Below, piece by piece: positions 10,108 through 17,503 of a stretch of DNA of 32,000 nucleotides. Position 1 is the first letter of the stretch, and each line of letters starts with the position of its first letter. The notes beneath the pieces were generated by a model. That model was not told the origin of the DNA. It saw nothing but the letters and a program-made list of their open reading frames with translations, and did no database searches. Source of the stretch: Terriglobia bacterium (GTDB lineage Bacteria > Acidobacteriota > Terriglobia > Terriglobales > Acidobacteriaceae); the NCBI GenBank assembly GCA_963752375.1, contig CAVVYF010000026.1, forward strand, positions 35,794-67,793, given 5' to 3'. The position numbers were made by a program, and so were the translations under genes.

Positions 10108-10521
10108 ATGGCTTCCCTGCCTGAGTCCGATCCGATCGCTGCTTTGCTCAAGCGCTCCCGCACTATCGCGGTCGTGGGGCTCTCCAACAGTCCGCTGCGC
10201 CCCAGCCACGGAGTTTCTGCCTACATGCAGACCCAGGGCTACCGCATCATTCCGGTAAATCCGAACATCCACGGCTCACTGGGAGAGAAGGCTTACCCGT
10301 CGCTGCTCGATGTCCCGGAGAAAATTGACATCGTCAACATCTTCCGCAGGCCTGAGTTTGTGGAAGAGGCGGTCGATCAGGCGATCCAACTGAAGGTCCC
10401 GGTAATCTGGATGCAGGAAGGAGTCGTCCATGAGAAAGCGGCGCAGAAGGCCCGCGGGGCAGGCATCTTCGTGGTCATGGACCGCTGCATTTTGAAAGAG
10501 CACAAAGCGCGCTTCGGGTAG
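10108..10521 (+). CDS. CoA-binding domain protein (YccU/YneT-like)
   Basis: MASLPESDPIAALLKRSRTIAVVGLSNSPLRPSHGVSAYMQTQGYRIIPVNPN... is a typical CoA_binding_2 fold. The ORF-track start at 10060 lies in repeat C, so ATG 10108 was chosen. Confidence 0.8.
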   Translation: MASLPESDPIAALLKRSRTIAVVGLSNSPLRPSHGVSAYMQTQGYRIIPVNPNIHGSLGEKAYPSLLDVPEKIDIVNIFRRPEFVEEAVDQAIQLKVPVIWMQEGVVHEKAAQKARGAGIFVVMDRCILKEHKARFG

Positions 10522-10538
10522 GCAGCGCCAACGAAAAC

Positions 10539-10628
10539 CTTAAACCACGAAGGACACTAAGGAACACGAAGGAAATCTGATCCTGGTTGATTTTCCTTCG
10601 TGTTCCTTAGTGTCCTTCGTGGTTTAAG
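10539..10628. terminator. Perfect 37-bp-stem hairpin (16-nt loop) between convergent genes; bidirectional terminator and/or cargo-less palindromic element (family 4)
   Basis: cttaaaccacgaaggacactaaggaacacgaaggaaa / tctgatcctggttgat / tttccttcgtgttccttagtgtccttcgtggtttaag. T-runs flank it on both strands (ccttttta; gttttcgtt on the minus strand). Confidence 0.8.
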
Positions 10629-10633
10629 CCTTT

Positions 10634-11902
10634 TTACGCCCGGACGAAGATTACCGTTGCGTCATCCTGCAAGCCCTGGCCATTGGCGAAGCTTCGTACG
10701 TCCGCGAGGATGCTCTCCGCCGAGGCTTCCGGCTGCAGCACGTGGTCCCGCATGCGCTCCGCGCCGTATTCCTCGTCGGAGAGGCCGGTCGCTTCCGTAA
10801 TTCCGTCGCTGTAGAAAACCAGGCGCGAGTTTTTAGAGAGCTGCACCCGGCTTTCGGAGAACTCCCCGGTGCCGAGCCCCAGCGGCATGCCGCGTTCGCT
10901 GTCCAGAAAACGCGCGCCTTGTTCATCGACCAGCAGGGGCCGCAGATGGCCGGCGCTGGAGAACGTTAATTCCCGCGTGGTCGGATTGAGCACGGCCAGC
11001 AGCATGGTCACAAACTTCCCTGAAGGAAAATCCTCCACCAGCAGGCGATTCAGCCGGGTCAGGACTTCGCCCGGTCCGCTGCAGGTCTGGGCCAGAGAGC
11101 GCAGCATGCCGCGAGTGGCGGACATCAGCAGGGCAGCCGCGGTCCCTTTTCCTGAGACGTCGGCCAGTACCAGGCCCCAGCAGCCGTCGTCGAAGGAAAT
11201 GAAATCGTACCAGTCGCCGCCTACCGCGCCTGCGGGGATCGACAGCCCGGAAATCGCGAATCCCGGAATGAAAGGTGAACTCTTGGGTAGCAGCGCCTGC
11301 TGGATGGCCCGCGCTTCGTGTGCCTCCTGGCTCATGCGTTCGCGCTCGTGCCGTTCGTGCTGGAAGCGCCGCGCGTTGTGCACCGCGACAGCCACGTGAT
11401 CGCACAGACTCTGCAACCAGCGCAGGTGCTCCCGGGTGAAGGCGTCCAGGTCATGATGCGAAGCCGTGAACACTCCCACCAGTTGACCATCCACGACCAG
11501 GGGAATCGCCACTTCAGAGCGCGTGGATTCCTCGCAGCCGATGTAGTAGGGGTCCTGCAGCACGTCGGGCGCGTAACGCAGCTGTCCGGTGGCGGCTACG
11601 TAGCCCACCATGCCTTCCGTGCCCACCTTCAGCCTTGAACCCTTGCCATGAACGGTGCAGCCGTGTACGCCGGCCATCTCCAGTTCGCCGCGCTCCTGGT
11701 CGTGCAAATAGATGTTGGTTTCCACGCAGCAGAAGGCCGCGGCCACATCGTCCACAATCTTGCTGATCAGCTCATCCAGATCGAGGATGGATGTAATCTT
11801 CTGCGCCCATTTCTGCAACTTGAGCAGATGCTCAACCTGGTCGAGTTGGACGGGACGGACGGTGACCGGGTCAGTAACAATGGTTCTCGGGCTCGTGGCC
11901 AT
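10634..11902 (-). CDS. GAF-sensor PP2C-family (SpoIIE/RsbU-like) serine/threonine phosphatase
   Basis: 422 aa. N-terminal GAF-like region. PP2C motifs GGDWYDFI and VLADVSGKGTAAALLMS, and the C-terminal DDATVIFVRA. AAGGAGG lies 9 nt upstream of the ATG. Confidence 0.85.
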   Translation of the reverse strand: MATSPRTIVTDPVTVRPVQLDQVEHLLKLQKWAQKITSILDLDELISKIVDDVAAAFCCVETNIYLHDQERGELEMAGVHGCTVHGKGSRLKVGTEGMVGYVAATGQLRYAPDVLQDPYYIGCEESTRSEVAIPLVVDGQLVGVFTASHHDLDAFTREHLRWLQSLCDHVAVAVHNARRFQHERHERERMSQEAHEARAIQQALLPKSSPFIPGFAISGLSIPAGAVGGDWYDFISFDDGCWGLVLADVSGKGTAAALLMSATRGMLRSLAQTCSGPGEVLTRLNRLLVEDFPSGKFVTMLLAVLNPTTRELTFSSAGHLRPLLVDEQGARFLDSERGMPLGLGTGEFSESRVQLSKNSRLVFYSDGITEATGLSDEEYGAERMRDHVLQPEASAESILADVRSFANGQGLQDDATVIFVRA

Positions 11903-11928
11903 GGGATCCAGCCTCCTTGTAAGGAGTA

Positions 11929-11974
11929 CAGAAAAGGAAAGAGCCTACACCGCATCAGATGCGCCGGTCTAGGC
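11929..11974 (-). terminator. Candidate intrinsic terminator after rarA
   Basis: Minus-strand RNA gccuagaccggcgcaucugaugcgguguaggc forms an imperfect stem and is followed by ucuuuccuuuucugu. The stem overlaps the rarA stop codon. Confidence 0.4.
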
Positions 11975-13360
11975 GCCGGATTCTGTTTTAGGAGGATTGG
12001 AAGGGCCGCGGGAGGCGTCCTTTTGGGACCGCCGCCGCTTGATCTCTTCCAACCGCTCCCCGATGCGTTTTTCCAACCCTTCGCTGGTGGGACGGTAGTA
12101 AACACGCCCGGCCAGGTTGTCGGGAAGACACTGCATGTCAGCCACTTTGTCTTCCAGATCATGCGCGTACTGGTAGCCCTGGCCATATCCCAGCCCCTTC
12201 ATCAATCCCGTGGGCGCGTTGCGCAAGTGGAGAGGAACAGGTTCGGCGGCGGTGCGTTCCACGTCGCCCAGTATGGCGCCGTAGGCGGTGTAGAGCGCAT
12301 TGGACTTGGGCGCCACCGACAAATACACCACGGCTTGCGCCAGCGCCAGGTTCCCTTCCGGCATCCCGAGAAAATCGACGGCATCGCGGGCCGCCATGCA
12401 TTGTGCGAGCGCGTTAGGATCAGCCAGGCCGATGTCTTCCACCGCCATGCGCACCACCCGGCGCGCGATGTACAGCGGATCTTCGCCGGCTTCGAGCATC
12501 CGCCCCAGCCAGTACAGCGCCGCATCGGGATCGCTGTTACGCACTGACTTGTGCAGCGCCGAGATAAGGTTGTAGTGTTCCTCGCCGGCCTTGTCATAGC
12601 GCAAGATCCGTTTCTGCAAGGCGTCCTGCACCAGGTCGTCGGAAATTTCCGCGCCTACTTCTTTCTGGTCGCGGCCGCGGGCCAGCGATGCGGCCACTTC
12701 CAGCACGTTGTAGGCGCTGCGGGCGTCACCGCTGGAATAGGCTGCGATTTTTTTGAGGACATCGTCGGATGCATGCAGCTTCATCGCGCCCAGGCCGCGT
12801 TCTTCGTCGGCCAGCGCGCGCTTGAGAAGCTCAACAATCTGGCCTTCGGTCAGCGGCTTGAGGACATACACACGGCTGCGGGAAAGCAGCGCGGAGATAA
12901 TTTCGAATGATGGATTCTCCGTGGTGGCGCCGATCAACCGGATGTTGCCCTTCTCCACGTGCGGGAGGAAGGCATCCTGCTGGGCTTTGTTGAAGCGATG
13001 GATCTCGTCGATGAAGACGATCGTGCGCGTGCCGTACTGCCTGGCGCGCTCCGCGTCGGCCATGACCTGCTTGATTTCCTTGATGCCGGTAAGCACGGCG
13101 GAGAATTCGACAAACTCAGCCCTGGTCAAACGCGCGATGATCTGCGCCAGCGTGGTCTTGCCGGTGCCGGGCGGCCCCCAGAAGATGAGCGAGCCGATGT
13201 CGTCGCGCTCGATCTGCGTGCGCAGGGGCTTGCCTGGCCCGACCAGGTGCTCCTGGCCGACGAATTCATCCAGCGTGTGCGGACGCATGCGATCGGCCAG
13301 CGGGCGTGTTCGGTCGCCGGGGTTCTCGCCGGCCTGCGGAATGGTTGGGAACAGACTCAT
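11969..13360 (-). CDS. rarA: Replication-associated recombination protein A (AAA+ ATPase)
   Basis: Walker A GPPGTGKTT, Walker B IVFIDEIHRFNK, and the MgsA C-terminal domain (HYNLISALHKSVRNSDPDAALYWL). ATG 13360 is preferred because the GTG at 13378 lies inside an inverted repeat. Confidence 0.9.
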   Translation of the reverse strand: MSLFPTIPQAGENPGDRTRPLADRMRPHTLDEFVGQEHLVGPGKPLRTQIERDDIGSLIFWGPPGTGKTTLAQIIARLTRAEFVEFSAVLTGIKEIKQVMADAERARQYGTRTIVFIDEIHRFNKAQQDAFLPHVEKGNIRLIGATTENPSFEIISALLSRSRVYVLKPLTEGQIVELLKRALADEERGLGAMKLHASDDVLKKIAAYSSGDARSAYNVLEVAASLARGRDQKEVGAEISDDLVQDALQKRILRYDKAGEEHYNLISALHKSVRNSDPDAALYWLGRMLEAGEDPLYIARRVVRMAVEDIGLADPNALAQCMAARDAVDFLGMPEGNLALAQAVVYLSVAPKSNALYTAYGAILGDVERTAAEPVPLHLRNAPTGLMKGLGYGQGYQYAHDLEDKVADMQCLPDNLAGRVYYRPTSEGLEKRIGERLEEIKRRRSQKDASRGPSNPPKTESGA

Positions 13361-13371
13361 GCAAAACCACT

Positions 13372-13401
13372 TCACCACAGAGTCACAGAGTCACAGAGAA
13401 A
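13372..13401. repeat. Left 30-bp inverted repeat of the GxxExxY cassette (tcaccacagagtcacagagtcacagagaaa)
   Basis: Matches the reverse complement of 13804-13833 at 28/30 positions. Confidence 0.9.
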
Positions 13402-13427
13402 AACACAAATTCTTTAAAGACCATCCT

Positions 13428-13843
13428 TCAAAGAACTCTCCTGATGATGCCTTGCATCAACAACGGCACGTTAAAGTTGATCAGGAGTCCGACTCTCTTA
13501 CCCGTCAATCTCAGGTAGGTCAAGAGCTGCGCCTCGTGGATTGGCAGAAGTTTTCGACCGCCTTTAATTCCAAAATAACTTCATCGCGCACGATCAGGTC
13601 GATCTTGTACCCGCAGTCCAACTTGAGACCCTTGTATAGCAGGGGCAGTGGCACTTGGCGTTTGAAGTCCAATCCCCGCAAGTGGAGTTCGTGGCACAAA
13701 CACTCTTCATACGCCGACTCAAGGAGTCCCGGACCCAGGTTGCGATGCACCTCGATGGCTGCACCGATGATAGGGCTCGTTCTGGGGTCCTTTCCGTCTT
13801 CGATTTCTCTGTGTCTCTGTGCCTCTGTGGTGATAAGCCTCAT
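13428..13843 (-). pseudogene. GxxExxY (PD-(D/E)XK-like) protein gene, disrupted by a 1-nt frameshift
   Basis: ORF 13520..13843 gives ...IIGAAIEVHRNLGPGLLESAYEECLCHELHLRGL...VILELKAVE, then nonsense (NFCQSTRRSS*). Shifting one frame at the A4 run (13551-13554) restores the family C-terminus LLPIHEAQLLTYLRLTGKRVGLLINFNVPLLMQGIIRRVL*, with the stop at 13428-13430. Confidence 0.75.
13804..13833. repeat. Right 30-bp inverted repeat of the GxxExxY cassette; encodes the N-terminal TTEAQRHRE extension
   Basis: tttctctgtgtctctgtgcctctgtggtga is the reverse complement of 13372-13401 with 2 mismatches. Confidence 0.9.
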
Positions 13844-14673
13844 CGTCGTTGCCTCGCTACTTCATACAACACGATACTCGCCGCCACGCCCGCGTTCAGC
13901 GACTCCACCTGCGGCGCCTGCGGAATGGCCACGACTTCGTCCATCTCTTTGATGAGATCGCGGGACAATCCCGCGCCTTCACTCCCAATAAAAATAGCCA
14001 ACGATCCGGAGAGTTTGGCCTGTTCGAGCGGCGTACCCTGGTGCGAGGCCGTGCCTACCAGGCGAAGGCCGTGGTCTTTCATCTCGCTCAGAGACTCGGA
14101 CAGTTTCGTTCGTGCCAGGGGCAGCCGGAATACCGAGCCTGCCGAAGCCCGCACGACTTTGGGATTGTACGGGCTGACCGTGCCCTCTCCCAGCAAGACG
14201 CCGCCGGCGCCGAAGGCCTCCGCGGAACGCAGGATGGTCCCCAGGTTTCCCGGGTCCTGCACTCCGGCGATGACCAGAATTGGCCCGGCCGGTGACTGCG
14301 CCAGCACGTCTTCCCGCGAGAGTTGTTTCCAGCGCACCAGGGCAGCCACTCCCTGGGGAGCGTCGCTGGGGACGGCGCTCGAAAACAGCTTGTCGGGAAG
14401 CAACAGGGTCTCAACCGAGGCCGCCAGCTGGGAGAGCAACTTTTCGGCTTTGGGCGTGGCCGATTCGCTGAAGAAAACTGCCCTGAACCGCAGGCCGCTG
14501 CGAATGGCTTCTTCCAGAATGCGGAAGCCCTCGATGGCACAATAGCCGTCTGTGGTCAGCTCTCCGCAGGAGAAGGCGGCACGCAGCTCTTTGACCTGAG
14601 CGTTGTGGCGTCCCTCGATGCGGCGCAACCGGGCATTCAGGACCTGGGCGCCAGTGGCTGTGGTTTTCTTCAT
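13840..14673 (-). CDS. TrmH/SpoU-family RNA 2'-O-methyltransferase (RlmB-like)
   Basis: 277 aa. SPOUT motifs VIAGVQDPGNLGTILRSAEAFGAGGVLL, LAIFIGSEGAGLS and IPQAPQVESLNAGVAASIVLYE. The stop overlaps the GxxExxY ATG (ATGA). Confidence 0.85.
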   Translation of the reverse strand: MKKTTATGAQVLNARLRRIEGRHNAQVKELRAAFSCGELTTDGYCAIEGFRILEEAIRSGLRFRAVFFSESATPKAEKLLSQLAASVETLLLPDKLFSSAVPSDAPQGVAALVRWKQLSREDVLAQSPAGPILVIAGVQDPGNLGTILRSAEAFGAGGVLLGEGTVSPYNPKVVRASAGSVFRLPLARTKLSESLSEMKDHGLRLVGTASHQGTPLEQAKLSGSLAIFIGSEGAGLSRDLIKEMDEVVAIPQAPQVESLNAGVAASIVLYEVARQRR

Positions 14674-14783
14674 GTTCGCGCGTGTGCGCTCAGAATCATA
14701 CCTGTTCTACTCGGCTTTCTGCGCTTTCCCATGTTATGTTTAACTTTCGCCATTTCAACACTTGGGGCAGGAAGGGACCTGCA

Positions 14784-15431
14784 GTGCGTGTAGAAATTGT
14801 CAAGATCAACTGCGATAACCCGGAAGCATCACTCATCCGCTATGCGGCAGACCAGATTCGCGCCGGCGAAGTACTGGGCATGCCGACCGATACTTTTTAC
14901 GGGCTGGCGGCCGACCCTTTTAACCTGCGCGCCGTGGACCGGGTGTACGACATCAAGTCGCGCTCGCGCCACAAGCCGCTGTCGCTGCTGATTGCCGACG
15001 TGGACCAGGCCGAACAGCTGGCGCAGGACTTGACGGAAGAGTTTTACGCCCTGGCGCGGCGCTTCTGGCCGGGACCGCTGACCATCATCGTGAAGGCCTC
15101 TTCGCGGCTTCCTCTCAAAGTGACGGCCAACACCGGCAACGTGGCGCTGCGCGTGCCCAAGGCGCCGATTCCGCTGGCCGTGGTGCAGGCGGCGCAGATT
15201 CCGATTACTGCCACCTCCGCCAATCTGAGCGGAGAATCGGAGTGCACCACGGCGCTGGCCGTCCGCGATCAGCTCCAGGACCGCATTGCGATCATCGTCG
15301 ATGGCGGCACTTCGCCGCGTGAAGTGGCTTCGACTATCATCGACCTCACCGACGAAGAGACCCGGTGGCGCATCATGCGCGAAGGGGCCATCCCGGCCCG
15401 GGAGATTTCCGAGTTTTTCGCGCAAGGATGA
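14784..15431 (+). CDS. tsaC: L-threonylcarbamoyladenylate synthase (YrdC-domain, TsaC type)
   Basis: GMPTDTFYGLAADPFN, KSRSRHKPLSLLI and TATSANLSGE. GTG 14784 was chosen because GGAAGGGA lies 8 nt upstream. ATG 14736 is an alternative start. Confidence 0.8.
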   Translation: MRVEIVKINCDNPEASLIRYAADQIRAGEVLGMPTDTFYGLAADPFNLRAVDRVYDIKSRSRHKPLSLLIADVDQAEQLAQDLTEEFYALARRFWPGPLTIIVKASSRLPLKVTANTGNVALRVPKAPIPLAVVQAAQIPITATSANLSGESECTTALAVRDQLQDRIAIIVDGGTSPREVASTIIDLTDEETRWRIMREGAIPAREISEFFAQG

Positions 15432-16045
15432 ACGTGGCAGCGCAGCAGCGTCGTCGGAGCCTTTGGTTTTTGTGGGCGGTGGCACTGGCTGCGACGGCGG
15501 TTGCGGTCTTCCTCGGAATCACCAGCGTTCAGATTGTCCACGAAGCCCGCCTGCAGGAAGTTCAGCCCTCCGGTGCAATCGTGGTTTTCGGGGCGGCTCA
15601 ATATGCGGGACGCCCGTCGCCTGTGTTCCGCGCCCGGCTGGATCACGCCTACGACCTGTTCCAGCGCGGCGTTGCTCCGGTGGTCATCACCACCGGAGGC
15701 TCAGGGGATGATCCCACGTTCAGCGAAGGCGGCGTGGGACATGACTACCTGATGCATCGCGGCATTCCCGAACCCAGGCTGATCGCGGAGACTCAGGGTT
15801 CCGACACGGCATCCTCCGCGGAACGGGTGGCCGTGATCATGCGCACAAACCGGATGCGCACCTGTGTGGCGGTCAGCGACGCCTACCACGTCTTCCGCAT
15901 CCGCAAATTGCTGGAGCATGAAGGCGTAAAGGTTTACGTCGCCCCTCGCCCGGATTCCCGTCCGCGGTCAGCGTGGCAGCGAGCGTTGGCGGTCTTGCGC
16001 GAGGCCGCCAGCTATACGGCCTGGCGCCTGCATATTCCGGCGTAG
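15428..16045 (+). CDS. DUF218 (YdcF/ElyC/SanA-like) membrane-anchored protein
   Basis: ATG 15428 overlaps the tsaC stop (ATGA). N-terminal TM LWFLWAVALAATAVAVFLGI, then AIVVFGAAQYAGRPSPVFRARLDHAYDLFQRGVAPVVITTGG and VSDAYHVFR. Confidence 0.8.
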   Translation: MNVAAQQRRRSLWFLWAVALAATAVAVFLGITSVQIVHEARLQEVQPSGAIVVFGAAQYAGRPSPVFRARLDHAYDLFQRGVAPVVITTGGSGDDPTFSEGGVGHDYLMHRGIPEPRLIAETQGSDTASSAERVAVIMRTNRMRTCVAVSDAYHVFRIRKLLEHEGVKVYVAPRPDSRPRSAWQRALAVLREAASYTAWRLHIPA

Positions 16046-16062
16046 ATGTGGGTGCATACGAA

Positions 16063-16190
16063 CCACCTAGGGGCAGGTGTCCCACCTGCCCGGGCCGGGT
16101 AAAGCCCGGCGAGGTTTTCTGCCGACACTACCTTAAACCCAAGGCGAGCTTCGCTCGCCCGCCCGGACGAGGGCGTCCAGGCCTACGCGG
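16063..16190. repeat. Family-2 palindromic element, copy D1 (128 bp), between ydcF-like and murG 3' ends
   Basis: Chain of hairpins: ggcaggtg/cacctgcc, gccgggtaaagcccggc, gcgagcttcgctcgc and cccggacgagggcgtccagg, ending cctacgcgg. Homologous to the reverse complement of 17350-17475. Confidence 0.85.
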
Positions 16191-17277
16191 GTGGCGGCTG
16201 ATCGTCGGTTTCTATACCTGCCAGCCGCGCTGCCATGGCTGTGATGTCGTGCGCCGCGTCGGGGTGCGCCAGTTGGCGCGCGGCTGCACTCATGCGTTGC
16301 AGGCGGCCGGGGTCGCCCAGAAGCGCCGCGATGGTATCGGCCAGCCACACGCGCTCCAGCTTCGTTTCTTCCACCACCACGGCCGCGCCGGCACGTTCCA
16401 GCGCCTGGGCATTCACCCGCTGATGATCGTCTGCCGCAAGCGGAAAAGGCACAAAGACGGCCGGCTTGCCCGCCGCTGTGATTTCCGCCACCGTGCTCGC
16501 GCCCGAGCGGCACAGCAGCAAATCGGCGCGGGCGAAGACCGAAGGCATGTCGGTGATAAAGGGAGAAACCTCAGCCGACAAGCCGGCCTGCTGGTAGGCA
16601 GCCTGCGCGTCACTGAAGCCACGCTCTCCCGTCTGATGGATGATGTGGATATCCGGTATCTGCCTCACCAGCTCCGGCAAGCACTGAACCATGGCCTGGT
16701 TGATGGCATTGGCTCCCTGGCTTCCGCCGAAGACCAGCAGGGTTGGATGGGCGTTTCCCGTGGCGCGCCCCGCGATCTGGAAAAACGCCTCGCGCACTGG
16801 CACCCCGGTGACTTCAGCGTTGCGGAAATATTCTGCTGTCTCTTCAAAGTGGACCGCCGCCCCTGAAACCCATCTCGCCACCATGCGATTGGCGAAGCCG
16901 GGCACGACGTTAGGTTCGAAGGCCAGGGTTGGAGTTCCCTTGAGAATGGCCGCCAGCATGGCCGGGCCGGAGGCGTATCCGCCCACCCCGATCACAATAT
17001 CGGGTTGGAACTCAGCCAGAATGCTGCGAGCGTGCCAGACCGCGCGCGGAAGATCGAACAAAGTCTTCAGCCGCGTTTTGAGACTGACTTTGTTGAGCGC
17101 GCCGACCTGGACCAGCCGCAGCGGAAATCCCGCCGCCGGCACCAGCCGGTTCTCGATGCCGCGGGCGGTGCCGACAAACAATACTTCCGCGCCGTACTGC
17201 TTCTGCAGTTCGTGGGCAATGGCCAGGGCGGGAATTACGTGTCCGCCGGTGCCGCCCCCTGCCAGAATTGCCCGCAT
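16183..17277 (-). CDS. murG: Lipid II synthase: UDP-GlcNAc--undecaprenyl-PP-MurNAc-pentapeptide GlcNAc transferase
   Basis: [34 protein letters not shown] and [24 protein letters not shown]. The last codons (QPPPA) and the TAG stop lie inside repeat D1. Confidence 0.92.
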   Translation of the reverse strand: MRAILAGGGTGGHVIPALAIAHELQKQYGAEVLFVGTARGIENRLVPAAGFPLRLVQVGALNKVSLKTRLKTLFDLPRAVWHARSILAEFQPDIVIGVGGYASGPAMLAAILKGTPTLAFEPNVVPGFANRMVARWVSGAAVHFEETAEYFRNAEVTGVPVREAFFQIAGRATGNAHPTLLVFGGSQGANAINQAMVQCLPELVRQIPDIHIIHQTGERGFSDAQAAYQQAGLSAEVSPFITDMPSVFARADLLLCRSGASTVAEITAAGKPAVFVPFPLAADDHQRVNAQALERAGAAVVVEETKLERVWLADTIAALLGDPGRLQRMSAAARQLAHPDAAHDITAMAARLAGIETDDQPPPA

Positions 17278-17349
17278 GATCTGACTATAAACCGGAATTT
17301 GCGGAGTCAGATCACCGCGAGTTGACAGTTAAGGAGCGTGGCAAAGATT

Positions 17350-17475
17350 CACGTAGGCCCGGACGCCCTCGTCCGGGCGGGCGAGCGTAGCTCGCTGGGG
17401 CTTTTGGGTGGTGAAAGCTGAAAACCTTGCCGGGCTTTGCCCGGCTGGGCGGGCGTGGCGCCCGCCCCTACGCGG
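17350..17475. repeat. Family-2 palindromic element, copy D2 (126 bp, inverted relative to D1)
   Basis: cacgtaggcccggacgccctcgtccgggcgggcgagcgtagctcgc ... gccgggctttgcccggc, gggcgggcgtggcgcccgccc, ctacgcgg. Confidence 0.85.
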
Positions 17476-17503
17476 TTCGCGGTGGCCTCGATATACTCAA
17501 ATC

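Noticed and set aside
10634-11902. GAF-PP2C phosphatase as part of a partner-switching module.
   Set aside because: No STAS anti-anti-sigma, anti-sigma kinase or sigma factor gene is adjacent. It appears to be a stand-alone sensor phosphatase.
13520-13560. Programmed frameshift in the GxxExxY gene.
   Set aside because: There is no slippery heptamer plus stimulatory structure or SD-like element as in prfB. A simple 1-nt loss in an A-run (mutation or sequencing error) is the more economical explanation.
17279-17313. 9-bp inverted repeat gatctgact...agtcagatc next to the murG start as an operator.
   Set aside because: It is short and occurs once. It overlaps the speculative TATAGT element, and there is no second line of evidence. 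It is mentioned only under the murG promoter question.
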